A stretch of 64,000 nucleotides of DNA from a virus: positions 1 to 64,000 of the IMG/VR virus record IMGVR_UViG_3300027896_000011, one strand, 5' to 3'. Below are positions 37,249 to 47,200 of this stretch, one piece after another. How positions within the stretch are numbered: the stretch's first letter is position 1; every line of letters starts with the position of its first letter. The notes under the pieces are model-generated. The model was not told where the DNA came from and did not search any database. It saw only the letters and a program-made list of their open reading frames with translations. The position numbers and the translations under genes are program-made.

Positions 37249-39683
37249 TTCTTGTATCTCTCCAGTTCATCAAATGGTCGAAGGATTGTGTATTCAAATG
37301 GACCGCCTTCATCAACAGGCCATTCATTAATAAGTTTCTTTAATTGCCTACACATTTTGTGGAATTTTGGAATGAATACATGGTCGAGTATTACTACTAC
37401 TGGATGATTACCACCTCCGCGATAACCAAGTATGCGTCCCATACCTTGTTGTAGAGTGTTCTTTCCCCCCATATCAATAGCGCCACTACCAAACGGAGTA
37501 AGAAAGAACACAGTATCTAACGTTTTCTCATCTAGTGCTTCTTTAACTAATTGAAGCGTTCCAAATGTTATTTGTTTAGCCTTTAGCGTTTCTATTCTAG
37601 CTGCAGGCTTTTCATCCCCAGTACACAATCCTGAATCTGGGAACATAAGATGAAGCGCTCTTAGTTGATCTACGCTATGACTTAGAGCAAGTATCTTACG
37701 TCCTTTGCTGACTGGTAATTGAAGCTTGTCAGCAATAAACTGATTGTTGGCCGGAAGAGTACCAAGATAAGTCCTCAATTTAGGTATATTGAGTTTACCT
37801 CGAGTATCGTATACCCTGCTTGCAACTTCAGGGTCTCTCAGGTCTATTGTGATTGGGACTTCTTGAAGATAGATACGCGGCTTCACATCTTGAGCTAAAT
37901 CCCGGAAGAAGACAGGACCAATATGATATTGGTAGATAGGCTCCAGTCCATCTTCTCTATTTACTGTAGCCGTCAGTCCATATCTATTTCCATAGAACAT
38001 AGGAGCTGTGTGTATGAAGAGTGGAGCACTTAAATGATGGCAGTTATGCACCACTAGCCCATTAACCAGGTACGTATGTGTGTCTTCTACTTCAAGGTTG
38101 TAGACATAACCGTCTGGACACACCTCTCCAAATTCCGAGTCACTTCCCTGTTCGTAAACCTCAACACTGTCCACCCGAAACCATTTAGTAGCTCGTCTTT
38201 TCTCGCATCTTGGTCCTTCCTGCCCCAATGGGACCGACCATCTACCTCCACATTTATCATTCTCGATGGGCAGGCTATGTCTAGTTTGTAGTGTGTTGGA
38301 TAGCCCCCCTTGTGACGAGGTTTGTGTGTAGGCACTATGTACTCCAGGCACCAACCTTTTTGCTGTAATTGTAGAGCATCGTACAAGATCTTCTGTACCG
38401 TTGGGACGGCTGATCCATTTCCACCCCGTACTGGTGGGCGTAAATCCATGCTCTTTAGCTTCTTTTGTGTAGCTTTTCTTATCTTCAGGTCGAACATAGG
38501 ATTGTTCTTTTTCATTCTCTCTGAGAGGATGTCGGATCTCTGTATATTCGTCCTGCGCATTGTTAATGAGGATATTTTTCGACGGTACTCCATAGAGCAT
38601 GTTTGTGAACAGTAGGCTCTCCCTGATTTTTTGTAGCGGTCTATCTTGCTTTTCTGAGCCAGTATTATGCCCTTTCGGCATGTAGTGCATATTGTAGATA
38701 TGTTGTTCATTTTTAGTTCCTTTTATGTAGTCCCCTGCCGTTAAATTACCTGCTTTAACCCACCCAGTAGCAGTTAGGAATGGGTGAGGAATGGTGCAGT
38801 AGTAGGCCGCACCTTCTACATTTATCTTAACAAGGCACTTTGTTTTTCTTCTTGTTACGCCGATTACTTTTTTATCGACAAATATGTGCGTGCCTTCGTC
38901 ATATGAAGGCACAATGTCCCCAGGCACTATCTTTTCTATGGGAACTCCCCCTATAGGAGTACCTGCGATAAAGCACTCATCATAATATACACCACCAAAG
39001 TACCGATCAAATTTCTCTGGTAATTGTTCATAGCGTATAGCTAGCGTGTTAATCATCGCTAGTACTATTCCTCTTTCTTTCCAGTCCCATTTAGATGGGT
39101 CACCTTGTACCACGCCAACGCCTCCTTCAACATCTAAAAATTTCTCAATACGCTCTTTCCATTGATCTATGAGGGTGGTGTTATTTACGATCACTATTGC
39201 TGGTACACCTTTGTCGGCAATAACTTGTAAAGCTATCTGGGTTTTGCCGCGCCCACAAGCTAGATTAAGTATTCCCCCATCTATTTCTGACATAGCTTTG
39301 TGGGCTCTACGTTGTACATTTTCTTCCGGACGAAGAAAATCCAATACAATTTTGCTTTTGAATTTGATCTTAGTGTATTTAGTAGGTCCTATATCTATGA
39401 TCTGAAAAGGAGCATCTTTATATTGGCTTCTTGGTATGAATTCTCGTGGAACAATTATATGCGTGGCATTTTCTTCCCAAAGTTGCATGAACTCAACCCC
39501 AGTATCTGTCATTACAGGAAACTCGAGTCCTGCTTTTATAGACCTGGGGTTGATATGCTTTTTAGGAATCCAGAGTTGTCTTCCATAGTACCCTTTATCT
39601 GGGTCTAATTTGACTAGTCGTAATTCTGTATTATTTGAGTCGGAACACTTGCCAGAATCGATACCATTCATAGAATCCTCCAC
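37245..39683 (-). CDS. SF2 (SSL2/XPB/UvsW-like) DNA helicase with one intein
   Basis: LACGRGKT, DE|CHH after splicing, GLTAT, EALD, QQGMGRILG. Confidence 0.85.
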   Translation of the reverse strand: MEDSMNGIDSGKCSDSNNTELRLVKLDPDKGYYGRQLWIPKKHINPRSIKAGLEFPVMTDTGVEFMQLWEENATHIIVPREFIPRSQYKDAPFQIIDIGPTKYTKIKFKSKIVLDFLRPEENVQRRAHKAMSEIDGGILNLACGRGKTQIALQVIADKGVPAIVIVNNTTLIDQWKERIEKFLDVEGGVGVVQGDPSKWDWKERGIVLAMINTLAIRYEQLPEKFDRYFGGVYYDECFIAGTPIGGVPIEKIVPGDIVPSYDEGTHIFVDKKVIGVTRRKTKCLVKINVEGAAYYCTIPHPFLTATGWVKAGNLTAGDYIKGTKNEQHIYNMHYMPKGHNTGSEKQDRPLQKIRESLLFTNMLYGVPSKNILINNAQDEYTEIRHPLRENEKEQSYVRPEDKKSYTKEAKEHGFTPTSTGWKWISRPNGTEDLVRCSTITAKRLVPGVHSAYTQTSSQGGLSNTLQTRHSLPIENDKCGGRWSVPLGQEGPRCEKRRATKWFRVDSVEVYEQGSDSEFGEVCPDGYVYNLEVEDTHTYLVNGLVVHNCHHLSAPLFIHTAPMFYGNRYGLTATVNREDGLEPIYQYHIGPVFFRDLAQDVKPRIYLQEVPITIDLRDPEVASRVYDTRGKLNIPKLRTYLGTLPANNQFIADKLQLPVSKGRKILALSHSVDQLRALHLMFPDSGLCTGDEKPAARIETLKAKQITFGTLQLVKEALDEKTLDTVFFLTPFGSGAIDMGGKNTLQQGMGRILGYRGGGNHPVVVILDHVFIPKFHKMCRQLKKLINEWPVDEGGPFEYTILRPFDELERYKK
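38043..38975 (-). mobile_element. Intein in the helicase DExH box (311 aa)
   Basis: CFIAGT, TIPHPF, VYNLEVEDTHTY...VVHN|C. Confidence 0.9.
38087..38710 (-). CDS. Vsr/DUF559-like homing endonuclease overprinted in another frame inside the intein
   Basis: CTTC and YCSQTC Zn finger; YKLDIA...VEVDGRSHW...DARKDELL..FGWTVLRFTN. Confidence 0.8.
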   Translation of the reverse strand: MNNISTICTTCRKGIILAQKSKIDRYKKSGRAYCSQTCSMEYRRKISSLTMRRTNIQRSDILSERMKKNNPMFDLKIRKATQKKLKSMDLRPPVRGGNGSAVPTVQKILYDALQLQQKGWCLEYIVPTHKPRHKGGYPTHYKLDIACPSRMINVEVDGRSHWGRKDQDARKDELLNGFGWTVLRFTNREVTRNLERCVQTVMSTTLK

Positions 39684-40047
39684 GGGCTGCCCCAGCTACT
39701 CCATCTTTTAAGAATCTAGTGATGGGGTTATCTGTTTCGCTTATAGGACCTGGAGCCCAGTTTGCGGATTCTACTCCACTACCTTGCGGTCTGTAGGGAG
39801 CAGTATACGCTCCTTGTGGGCGATAGGATGAATACGTTCTATTGGCGCTGGCCGAAGGAAATGACGATGTATAGGCAGATGCTACTCTAGGAGGTCCCAT
39901 AGCTGCGGCAGATGCTCTAGAAATCTCTGTTCTACAAGTATGTTGAAAACTACAAGCAGAGCAGTCCGCATCTCGGGTATCATAAGAGTCTGCATCCCCC
40001 CAGCAAGCTGGCCTTTCATTTACATTGACGCGATCAGCATAACTCAT
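39631..40047 (-). CDS. Cys-cluster hypothetical protein, first gene of the replication operon
   Basis: PACWG...CSACSFQHTC. Confidence 0.6.
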   Translation of the reverse strand: MSYADRVNVNERPACWGDADSYDTRDADCSACSFQHTCRTEISRASAAAMGPPRVASAYTSSFPSASANRTYSSYRPQGAYTAPYRPQGSGVESANWAPGPISETDNPITRFLKDGVAGAARGGFYEWYRFWQVFRLK

Positions 40048-40097
40048 TCAAATTTGGTTCCTTTCTGTTGGCGAATTAGGGGGTGTTAAGTTAAATG

Positions 40098-40126
40098 CTT
40101 ATACCCGCAATTTACAGTTATTTGCA
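40098..40126 (-). promoter_or_regulatory. Phage-consensus promoter TGCAAA-N17-TATAAG heading the replication operon
   Basis: Motif copy in the divergent intergenic region. Confidence 0.7.
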
Positions 40127-40143
40127 CATCCTTATAGTCTTTG

Positions 40144-40173
40144 TTGACATACCTTGTAATAGGAACGTACTAT
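40144..40173 (+). promoter_or_regulatory. sigma70-like promoter TTGACA-N18-TACTAT
   Basis: Perfect -35 and near-consensus -10, then a GGAG RBS and the ATG at 40196. Confidence 0.6.
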
Positions 40174-40195
40174 CATAGGAAATACGGAGACCCTT

Positions 40196-41386
40196 ATGCG
40201 AACAGGCACCATCATCGACTTTTATGATGACCCTACTGGGTCTGTTCTTAAAACTAAAGTAGCTCATACACAACTACCTGATTACATCAGGTCTTCGAGC
40301 TATCAAACTGAAGAAAAGCTGGCTTCTTTGCCTGATGATGCCTTCGCTTTGATCATGGTGGATAACGGGAAGGCTATAAGAAAGTTTGCTTGTGTAGATA
40401 AAGGCAATACTGCGCTATCAACTTTGTACTTTATGGAGAACAAAGATAAGTTGCCGGAAGAAGCTATGAAGGTAGCTGCAGCAAATCTGTTTGGGTACTG
40501 CCTTGCTTTTGGAATTGAGCCCCCTTTGCAGCTCGAAAAAATAGCCAACCAGCTTCCTAAGTTTAAAGAGAAGAAGGGGGATTTGATCGGCTCAACAGTA
40601 ATGCCTCTTCAATCTAACCCTAATAAGGCTGATGATCCTGATAGTCAGCTTAATGCTACTATTAAAAAGACAGCTGCAACTTTGTATGTAGACGTGACTG
40701 GTAAGAAACCGGTTTCTAAATTCGTAAAGCAGGCGCATTCTAATTACGCTTTACATAAATACGGTCAAGGACAGTTCCCTCTTGATTCTTATGGTGATGT
40801 GCTTGAAGCTAACCGTTGGTTTGAAGAGAATGGTAAGACACTACATCCTTCTGAACGGAAAGAATACTGTACTAAGGTAGCAGCAAAAGCTGATCAATTA
40901 GGTATCTCAGTAACTAGTACTCTTCGTAAATATGCTAGTTCTTCTTTTGCTCCGGAAAATGAAATACGGGCAGCAGTTAGTACTCGTATGCAATTCTGGC
41001 AAAGTGACGCACCAGAACGTAATGTACTACAAGGTATGCTTGATAAATATGCCAGTGTAAAACCGGATGTGTTTTGTGCAGCACTTAACGCATTTGACAC
41101 CGATCACGATTTACAGCATTATTGGGATGACTACGTGATAGACCCGTGGGCCTCTACGTATGGAATGGATAAGACTGCGGAGTGGAGTTGGGAACAGGGA
41201 GCGGATAGGCTCACAGAAGATGTATTGAAGCAGGGTGTTAGAGACGGTAAGAAGATTCATGAAATAAAGGCCAAATTCGGGAACGACCTGGCGAGTGAAA
41301 TCGTTGAGAGCCCGAGTACGGTATTTGATTCCATGCCACTGGATTCAAAACGTATACTTGCCAGGATTCTCAACGACTCACAATAA
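40196..41386 (+). CDS. K-x-A motif-rich protein (probable head or internal virion protein)
   Basis: KLA, KIA, KTA, KQA, KYA x2 and KTA; FPLDSYGDVLEA motif. Confidence 0.55.
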   Translation: MRTGTIIDFYDDPTGSVLKTKVAHTQLPDYIRSSSYQTEEKLASLPDDAFALIMVDNGKAIRKFACVDKGNTALSTLYFMENKDKLPEEAMKVAAANLFGYCLAFGIEPPLQLEKIANQLPKFKEKKGDLIGSTVMPLQSNPNKADDPDSQLNATIKKTAATLYVDVTGKKPVSKFVKQAHSNYALHKYGQGQFPLDSYGDVLEANRWFEENGKTLHPSERKEYCTKVAAKADQLGISVTSTLRKYASSSFAPENEIRAAVSTRMQFWQSDAPERNVLQGMLDKYASVKPDVFCAALNAFDTDHDLQHYWDDYVIDPWASTYGMDKTAEWSWEQGADRLTEDVLKQGVRDGKKIHEIKAKFGNDLASEIVESPSTVFDSMPLDSKRILARILNDSQ

Positions 41387-41399
41387 TAGGAGATAGAAC

Positions 41400-42587
41400 A
41401 TGTCCAGTAAGTCATTTGGTACGCAGTACGCAAAAATTGAGCACCTAACAGAGGGTAAGACTGGCCTTGCTGGCGAGATTGATGATCTCCGCCATGACGT
41501 AGAGGCAGGCTTCGTAAACAATGAGGCCAAAACAGGTTTCCCCTCATTAGAATGGCTGGACGGTTCAGAGCCTACGGCTTCTGGGTCTACAGTTGTTCTG
41601 CGTGGTAGTGCTCTTAATCAGAGTCAGACGTTTGATAGCTTGACCTTGGCCTCGAGCACTGCTCGTTTGGTCATCACGGCTATGAAGCCTGGTAAAAGCG
41701 GAATTAAGGTAAAATTCCTTGCTCCTGCTAGTTCAGCGTCTGTTGCGTATTCTGAGTACGATACTGTAAGTTTGACTTCTGGTTCGGCTGTTGTAACTCT
41801 TACCGCTGTAGCTCCTGGAGCTTCTGGGCTACAAGCAGAAATGCTAACACCACAGGGCACGTTAGCTGTTACGTATCATCCTGTTGGTAAGAAGATTAGT
41901 ATTCAATTGGCAGCAGCTGGTAGCACTTCGCAGCAAATTGTTGACAAACTTAATGCAGATGCTACTATCTCTGCTCTTGTCACGGCCACTGTTGGTAACG
42001 CAGCAACTGCAAGCACAGCAGTAGCAGCTACTGCTCTTGCTAACGGTCGTGTACTTATTGTTCAACTTGCAGCATCTACTGGTAATACTGCTTCGGAAAT
42101 TGCTACATTGATCAACGCAGATAATGCTGCGTGCTTAGGTAAGTTGTGGGCAAGTGTGACCGTTGGTGATGCTACTGCGTTTACTGCAGCAATAGCAGCT
42201 ACGCCGCTTACTGGTGGTGCAGGGCATTATGATGGTAACGCTGTTCTCTTCTCTGGTGTAGAAGGCTTACCAAAGAATACAACTGGTGCGACCGGAACAG
42301 CAAAATGGACAGATACTGCAATTACTGTAACCTCCCCAGATTTGACAGCCGCTAGTCCAGCACGTGCAACTGGAGATGTGATTACGATTGTAGTTAAGTC
42401 TAATGGTGTACGTACCAATTCATTAACTTCTCAGCTTGGTGGTGGAATCGCTGGTCCTCAAGGTAACCAAGGCAACCAAGGCAACCAGGGTAACCAAGGC
42501 AACCAGGGTAACCAAGGCAACCAGGGTAACCAAGGCAACCAGGGTAATCAAGGTCTGCAGGGCGCTCAAGGCCTACAGCACGCTTAA
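41400..42587 (+). CDS. Ala/Thr-rich virion decoration or fibre protein with C-terminal collagen-like repeat
   Basis: IPT/TIG-like WTDTAITVTSP, internal duplication, (GxQ)14 tail. Confidence 0.65.
   Translation: MSSKSFGTQYAKIEHLTEGKTGLAGEIDDLRHDVEAGFVNNEAKTGFPSLEWLDGSEPTASGSTVVLRGSALNQSQTFDSLTLASSTARLVITAMKPGKSGIKVKFLAPASSASVAYSEYDTVSLTSGSAVVTLTAVAPGASGLQAEMLTPQGTLAVTYHPVGKKISIQLAAAGSTSQQIVDKLNADATISALVTATVGNAATASTAVAATALANGRVLIVQLAASTGNTASEIATLINADNAACLGKLWASVTVGDATAFTAAIAATPLTGGAGHYDGNAVLFSGVEGLPKNTTGATGTAKWTDTAITVTSPDLTAASPARATGDVITIVVKSNGVRTNSLTSQLGGGIAGPQGNQGNQGNQGNQGNQGNQGNQGNQGNQGNQGLQGAQGLQHA
42453..42578 (+). repeat. 9-nt tandem repeat encoding collagen-like GPQ(GNQ)10GLQGAQGLQ
   Basis: GGYAACCAR units. 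Confidence 0.95.
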
Positions 42588-42598
42588 TTTGGGGCAGG

Positions 42599-43450
42599 GT
42601 GACAGATCACGAATCAAGTCTGCTGGCCGTCTTACAAAAGGTCGGCCAGCAGTCACCCACAATATCGGTAGACGAGTCAGCTGTACTCGATGCAGCTACC
42701 ATTGTTTCTACAACAGACAGATACAAAATAAACTTACCGGAACCTTCTTTTATTCCGCCATTAACAGTGCCGGATTTAAATACTAGGAAGGTTACCCCGA
42801 TAACGAATAAGAATCTGTTTGTACACCATGATGCTCACCCCGTGGTGTTTGATATTGTTCTATTAAAAAAATATAAAGCAGAGTGGTTTGAATGGCAGCC
42901 GGAGACTTTGTGGAAAGAGATCAAAGAGGATTTTAGAGTTCCTTCTATCTCAGATCACGCAAAGGCTAAAATTCAAGCAATTAGAACACTCCATATAGGA
43001 GAGATGTTCTGGAAGAGTTGGGAGTCGTTTTGTTGGATTACCCAAGCGCTGAATAATAACATTCCAGATTGGCATGTTCTACAAAAGCCTTCTCTTTCTC
43101 AATTGATTAGTAGTGTTGATATATCAGAAATAATAAGAGCTGGAGAGGTTTTTGCTCTTGAGGTTACTAGTTTTATAGCTGCTAGTGTGCTTGATGAGGG
43201 TGTTTTTTATGCCCCCCATCCTATTTCTTTTTGTCAAAGTGAGATAGACCGGTATTTAGATAGCAAAGGAATAGAGCATACAGAGATAGCTGCGGCGGTT
43301 CAAAAGAAGTATCGTGATGTAATAAAAACTTCTGGTATGCCTTTAGAAGAAAATATAGTAGATATTCAGGTAGCTAAATTGAAGGTGGCGTGGGATTATC
43401 AAGCTATGAGAGGGAGGCAGTTGAAAGAACAACTGCAGCTACTTACATGA
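42599..43450 (+). CDS. Hypothetical protein (head module)
   Basis: 283-aa ORF; WFEWQPETLW. Confidence 0.65.
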   Translation: MTDHESSLLAVLQKVGQQSPTISVDESAVLDAATIVSTTDRYKINLPEPSFIPPLTVPDLNTRKVTPITNKNLFVHHDAHPVVFDIVLLKKYKAEWFEWQPETLWKEIKEDFRVPSISDHAKAKIQAIRTLHIGEMFWKSWESFCWITQALNNNIPDWHVLQKPSLSQLISSVDISEIIRAGEVFALEVTSFIAASVLDEGVFYAPHPISFCQSEIDRYLDSKGIEHTEIAAAVQKKYRDVIKTSGMPLEENIVDIQVAKLKVAWDYQAMRGRQLKEQLQLLT

Positions 43451-44292
43451 AGCACATTACTGAATTACATTTGGCTGGTATGCTAAGCGAGCTAAAAAAA
43501 GAAGCTGGTGTTGCATCAGATATTGCTTCACGTGGTCTTCAAATGCTTCGCAAGGTACCTACGTTACCACTTGTGAGTAGGATTCCTGGTATAAATTCTA
43601 GAGTAGGACAGACCCTTGCTGGCGGTGCATTAGGTGGTGCTATCGGTGCTGCTACTGGTGAAGAGGGCGATAGACTTCATAGAGGTGTAATGGGTGGGTT
43701 GTTAGGAGCAAGTGCTGTAGGTCTTGGGCACATGGCTACACAGAGTGGTAGAGATGCTGCAAAGAAATCTATGGGGAATTTATGGCAGAGGTCTAAATAC
43801 CAATTTACTGGTAAAGGTCTAGAAGGTACGCCGGAAGCTAGGATATTAAAGGCCAGAGAGATTGGTCTTATTCCTGAAGCAGGTAAAAATAAAGCTGTAG
43901 ATGCTGCACAAGAACATGCATTGAAAAATGATTGGTTATCATTACCTGGTGCGGTACATGGTCTAGTTACTCAACCCGGACAAGTATTAAAGAATTCTTG
44001 GAATAGAATGGATACAATGGGTAAAGGGCTTACTGCTGCAGGTGGAGCGATTACTGCCGCAGATATGATACAAAAGCCAACTCCAGAAGGTCCCGGTAGA
44101 TTAGAAAAGGGATTGGGTGGATTAGCTTCAACTATAGGCTTTACTGCAGGACCTGCAGGTATCTTACCGGGCATGTTGATGGGTAGTTGGGCAGGTAAGG
44201 CAGGACAAAGGGTTGGACGTGTGGGGGATAGATTGTTAGGGTACAACCCTGCAGCTGAGGCAGCGCCTATGTATGAAGGGGCTGTACAATGA
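43447..44292 (+). CDS. Glycine-zipper protein with KEA motif (possible ejection/internal protein)
   Basis: GGALGGAIGAA and GVMGGLLGA; ELKKEA. The ATG overlaps the upstream stop. Confidence 0.55.
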   Translation: MKHITELHLAGMLSELKKEAGVASDIASRGLQMLRKVPTLPLVSRIPGINSRVGQTLAGGALGGAIGAATGEEGDRLHRGVMGGLLGASAVGLGHMATQSGRDAAKKSMGNLWQRSKYQFTGKGLEGTPEARILKAREIGLIPEAGKNKAVDAAQEHALKNDWLSLPGAVHGLVTQPGQVLKNSWNRMDTMGKGLTAAGGAITAADMIQKPTPEGPGRLEKGLGGLASTIGFTAGPAGILPGMLMGSWAGKAGQRVGRVGDRLLGYNPAAEAAPMYEGAVQ

Positions 44293-47200
44293 GTGTAGGT
44301 TTAGGCGGCGCAGATTCCTCTGCACTTCGTTTCTCTAGAACTCGAGGTCGTACTGGAGCTTCTTCTGATTACGGGCTACAGTACCCTAGTCCTTTTTTTG
44401 ATATCGGGCAAACGTATTTACCCGCCACTATTAAACAGATGTTTAGGTGGTGTCGGTATTACTTCTTAGTTAATCCATTGATCAATGCAGTGGTAGCTAA
44501 GATGGCGGATTATCCTGTTACTGATATTATTCTAGATACTGACAAGCCGGATTTAAAAGAAAAGTGGTATCACTTTTTAGATTCACAGCTTAGGTATCGT
44601 CCTTTTCAGATTGAACTAGGACTTGACTTTTATGCCTATGGTAATGCTTTAGTTAGTATCTTTTATCCGTTTATAAAGATGCTTAGGTGTAAACGTTGTG
44701 GGCATGAGAAACCTGCAGCGGATGCTACATATCGATTTCAGAATTTTGAATTCCACTGGGAGTGTTCTAAGTGTAGCCATGCTGATATTGCTACTGTAAG
44801 AGACCATTACGTTAAGGCACCTAAAGGTATACGTCTTTTACGTTGGAACCCGGAAGATATAGATATCAGATATAATGATATTACTGGGGATACGGAATAC
44901 TATTATACGATTCCGGTACAGATCAAAAATGATATTATTATGGGGAAGAAGTCTACTGTAGAGACTATGCCTCAGCTCTTTATCGATGCTTTAAGGCTAA
45001 GAAAAGCCGTAGTGTTTTCTCGAGACAACATCTATCACTTCAAGCGGCCTACATTGGCCGGAAAAGATAGAGGTTGGGGTACTCCTTTAATACTGCCAGT
45101 ACTTAAGGATACCTACTACCTCCAGGTCCTGCGAAAAGCTCAGGAATGTCTTACACTTAGCTCTCTTTTAGAGAGGCCATTTGATCTTTGTAAAGCAAGC
45201 GAGATTAGGATTGGAGACCTAGTAAAGACGCATACAGGAGCGTATAAACGGGTAACAGATATTCGTCCTAAGCTCATAAACGAACAAAACGGTGGTTTTA
45301 CGGTACAAGTAGCTACTAAGGCTATGAAAGCTTTTCCGACCGGTTATTCTGACAATCATCCTCTCTATGTATTGCGGAGAGAAGAATTGGCCACTGGGTG
45401 TAGGGCGAATAAGCACATCAATACTAAGTATGTTCGGCGTTATACAGACGAGTATGCGCCTAAATGGGTAAATGCTGGAGATGTCAAACTTGGTGAGTAC
45501 GTAGTTTATCCTATAGATAGGCTAAAGAACACATCCGGGGAGGTATTGGATATATCACAGTATACTGGATTGCCAGCAACAACAGACTGGGTATATCAGC
45601 AATCATCTAAAGAAACAGTAGATGCGTACGAGGCTCTTGAGCAGGGAGACGAACTTCCGTGGGCTGATAACGCCCAACATGCAGCGCATACCCTTCATAA
45701 TAGGGGAAAGACGCCTCCACGGGTAAAGAGGTATATCTCATTAGACGAAGATCTTGCTTACTTATCCGGGTGGTTCATCGGAGACGGCAGTACAGGTGAC
45801 CGACAAATAAGCATAGCTCTAGGGCTTAAGGACGATTATAAGCTTCTTGCTAAGGCATTTAAAAAGGTATTTGGTAAGGAGCCTAAAATCTCTAAGAGTA
45901 AGAGATTTAATGGTCGTTTACTTGTTCACAGTGATGTGATTGCGACTAAATTTATGCGTGGTTGGATACCTGGTGATGCACACACTAAGAGCCTGCCAAA
46001 AGAAATTCAGCAAGCTCCAGACCAAATATTATTGTCTTTCCTACGAGGATATGTTGAGGCAGATGGGTGCTTTCATAACGACCTTGATCGAGTAACATTT
46101 ACTTCGGTAAGTCCTCAGCTTGCTTATCAAGTATGGAAGCTTCTTATTTCTCTTCGATGTGTGGCTAGGGTATCCAAGAGAAAAGAATCGCAATCAATTA
46201 TTGAGGATAAGCTTGGACGTAGAAACAAGGCTATAAGTGGTGTCTCTTATGATATAGTCTTAGATGGGTCATCTGGACGTAGATTACGTGCGCTTTTGTA
46301 TGGTGGAGAAGTTGAAGACGCAGCCGGAGGGCATACAGGATTTTTTCACGGGGATTATTTTGCCTCTCCTATTTGTAATTGGGAACGCCTAACAGAACAG
46401 CACGTATTGAGTTTTGAAGTAGAAGATGATCATACTTTTTGCACTCCAGGAATGGTGACGCATAACAGCATCGCGCTCGAGCACATTGTGCCGCTACGCG
46501 TCTTATTCCCACAAGCCGGGTCGGCCTCCTCGGACCCATACTGCGTTGCGTTAGATAGCCTTGTAGAGACTCGAGAAGGAATATTTCCTGCTGGGGAAGT
46601 CAAGAAGGGTGACTGGCTAAAGACACATACAGGTGCGTGGAAGCCTGTTGAGGCCGCCGTAGATCGTAAAATTCGTACTGGTGAGAAGGTATACGAATTT
46701 TCTATTGCTTCTCTTAGTGCCTTTCCATTTAAGGTATCTGAGGAGCACCCAATACTCGCTGTAAAGCGGCCCTCAAGATTTAGAGGCTATGAGAGCCTTA
46801 CCGAAGAACCGGACTATATTGAGGCCAAGAATATTGACGAGGGGGACTTTGTTTGTTACCCCAAGCATAGAACCGTTTGGGATAGTCTTGACCTAGATCT
46901 TCACGAGTACTGTCCTGAGCGTGCATTCACTGCTGAGTATATGTACCGTAGGTTAGATCAACAGTCTGCGGACATCTATGAGTACTTTGAGGCTAATGGT
47001 GTGCCTAGCTTTGCTCATGGAGAACGTAAGACCTTCTTGGCCGACAAAGGTTGGACCGAAGATTACTACAATAATGCTAAGGCGGTGTTTAGCCAGCAGG
47101 AAGCTGTTGATAGGATTCCTAGGTATCTGCCAGTTACAAAAGACCTGGCGTACGTAGTAGGTATGTATGCGGCTGAAGGTAGTCAGAAGGATTTAGGTAT

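Noticed and set aside
42436-42786. Alternative-frame ORF with KATRVT repeats
   Set aside because: It is the shadow frame of the GNQ collagen-like repeat.
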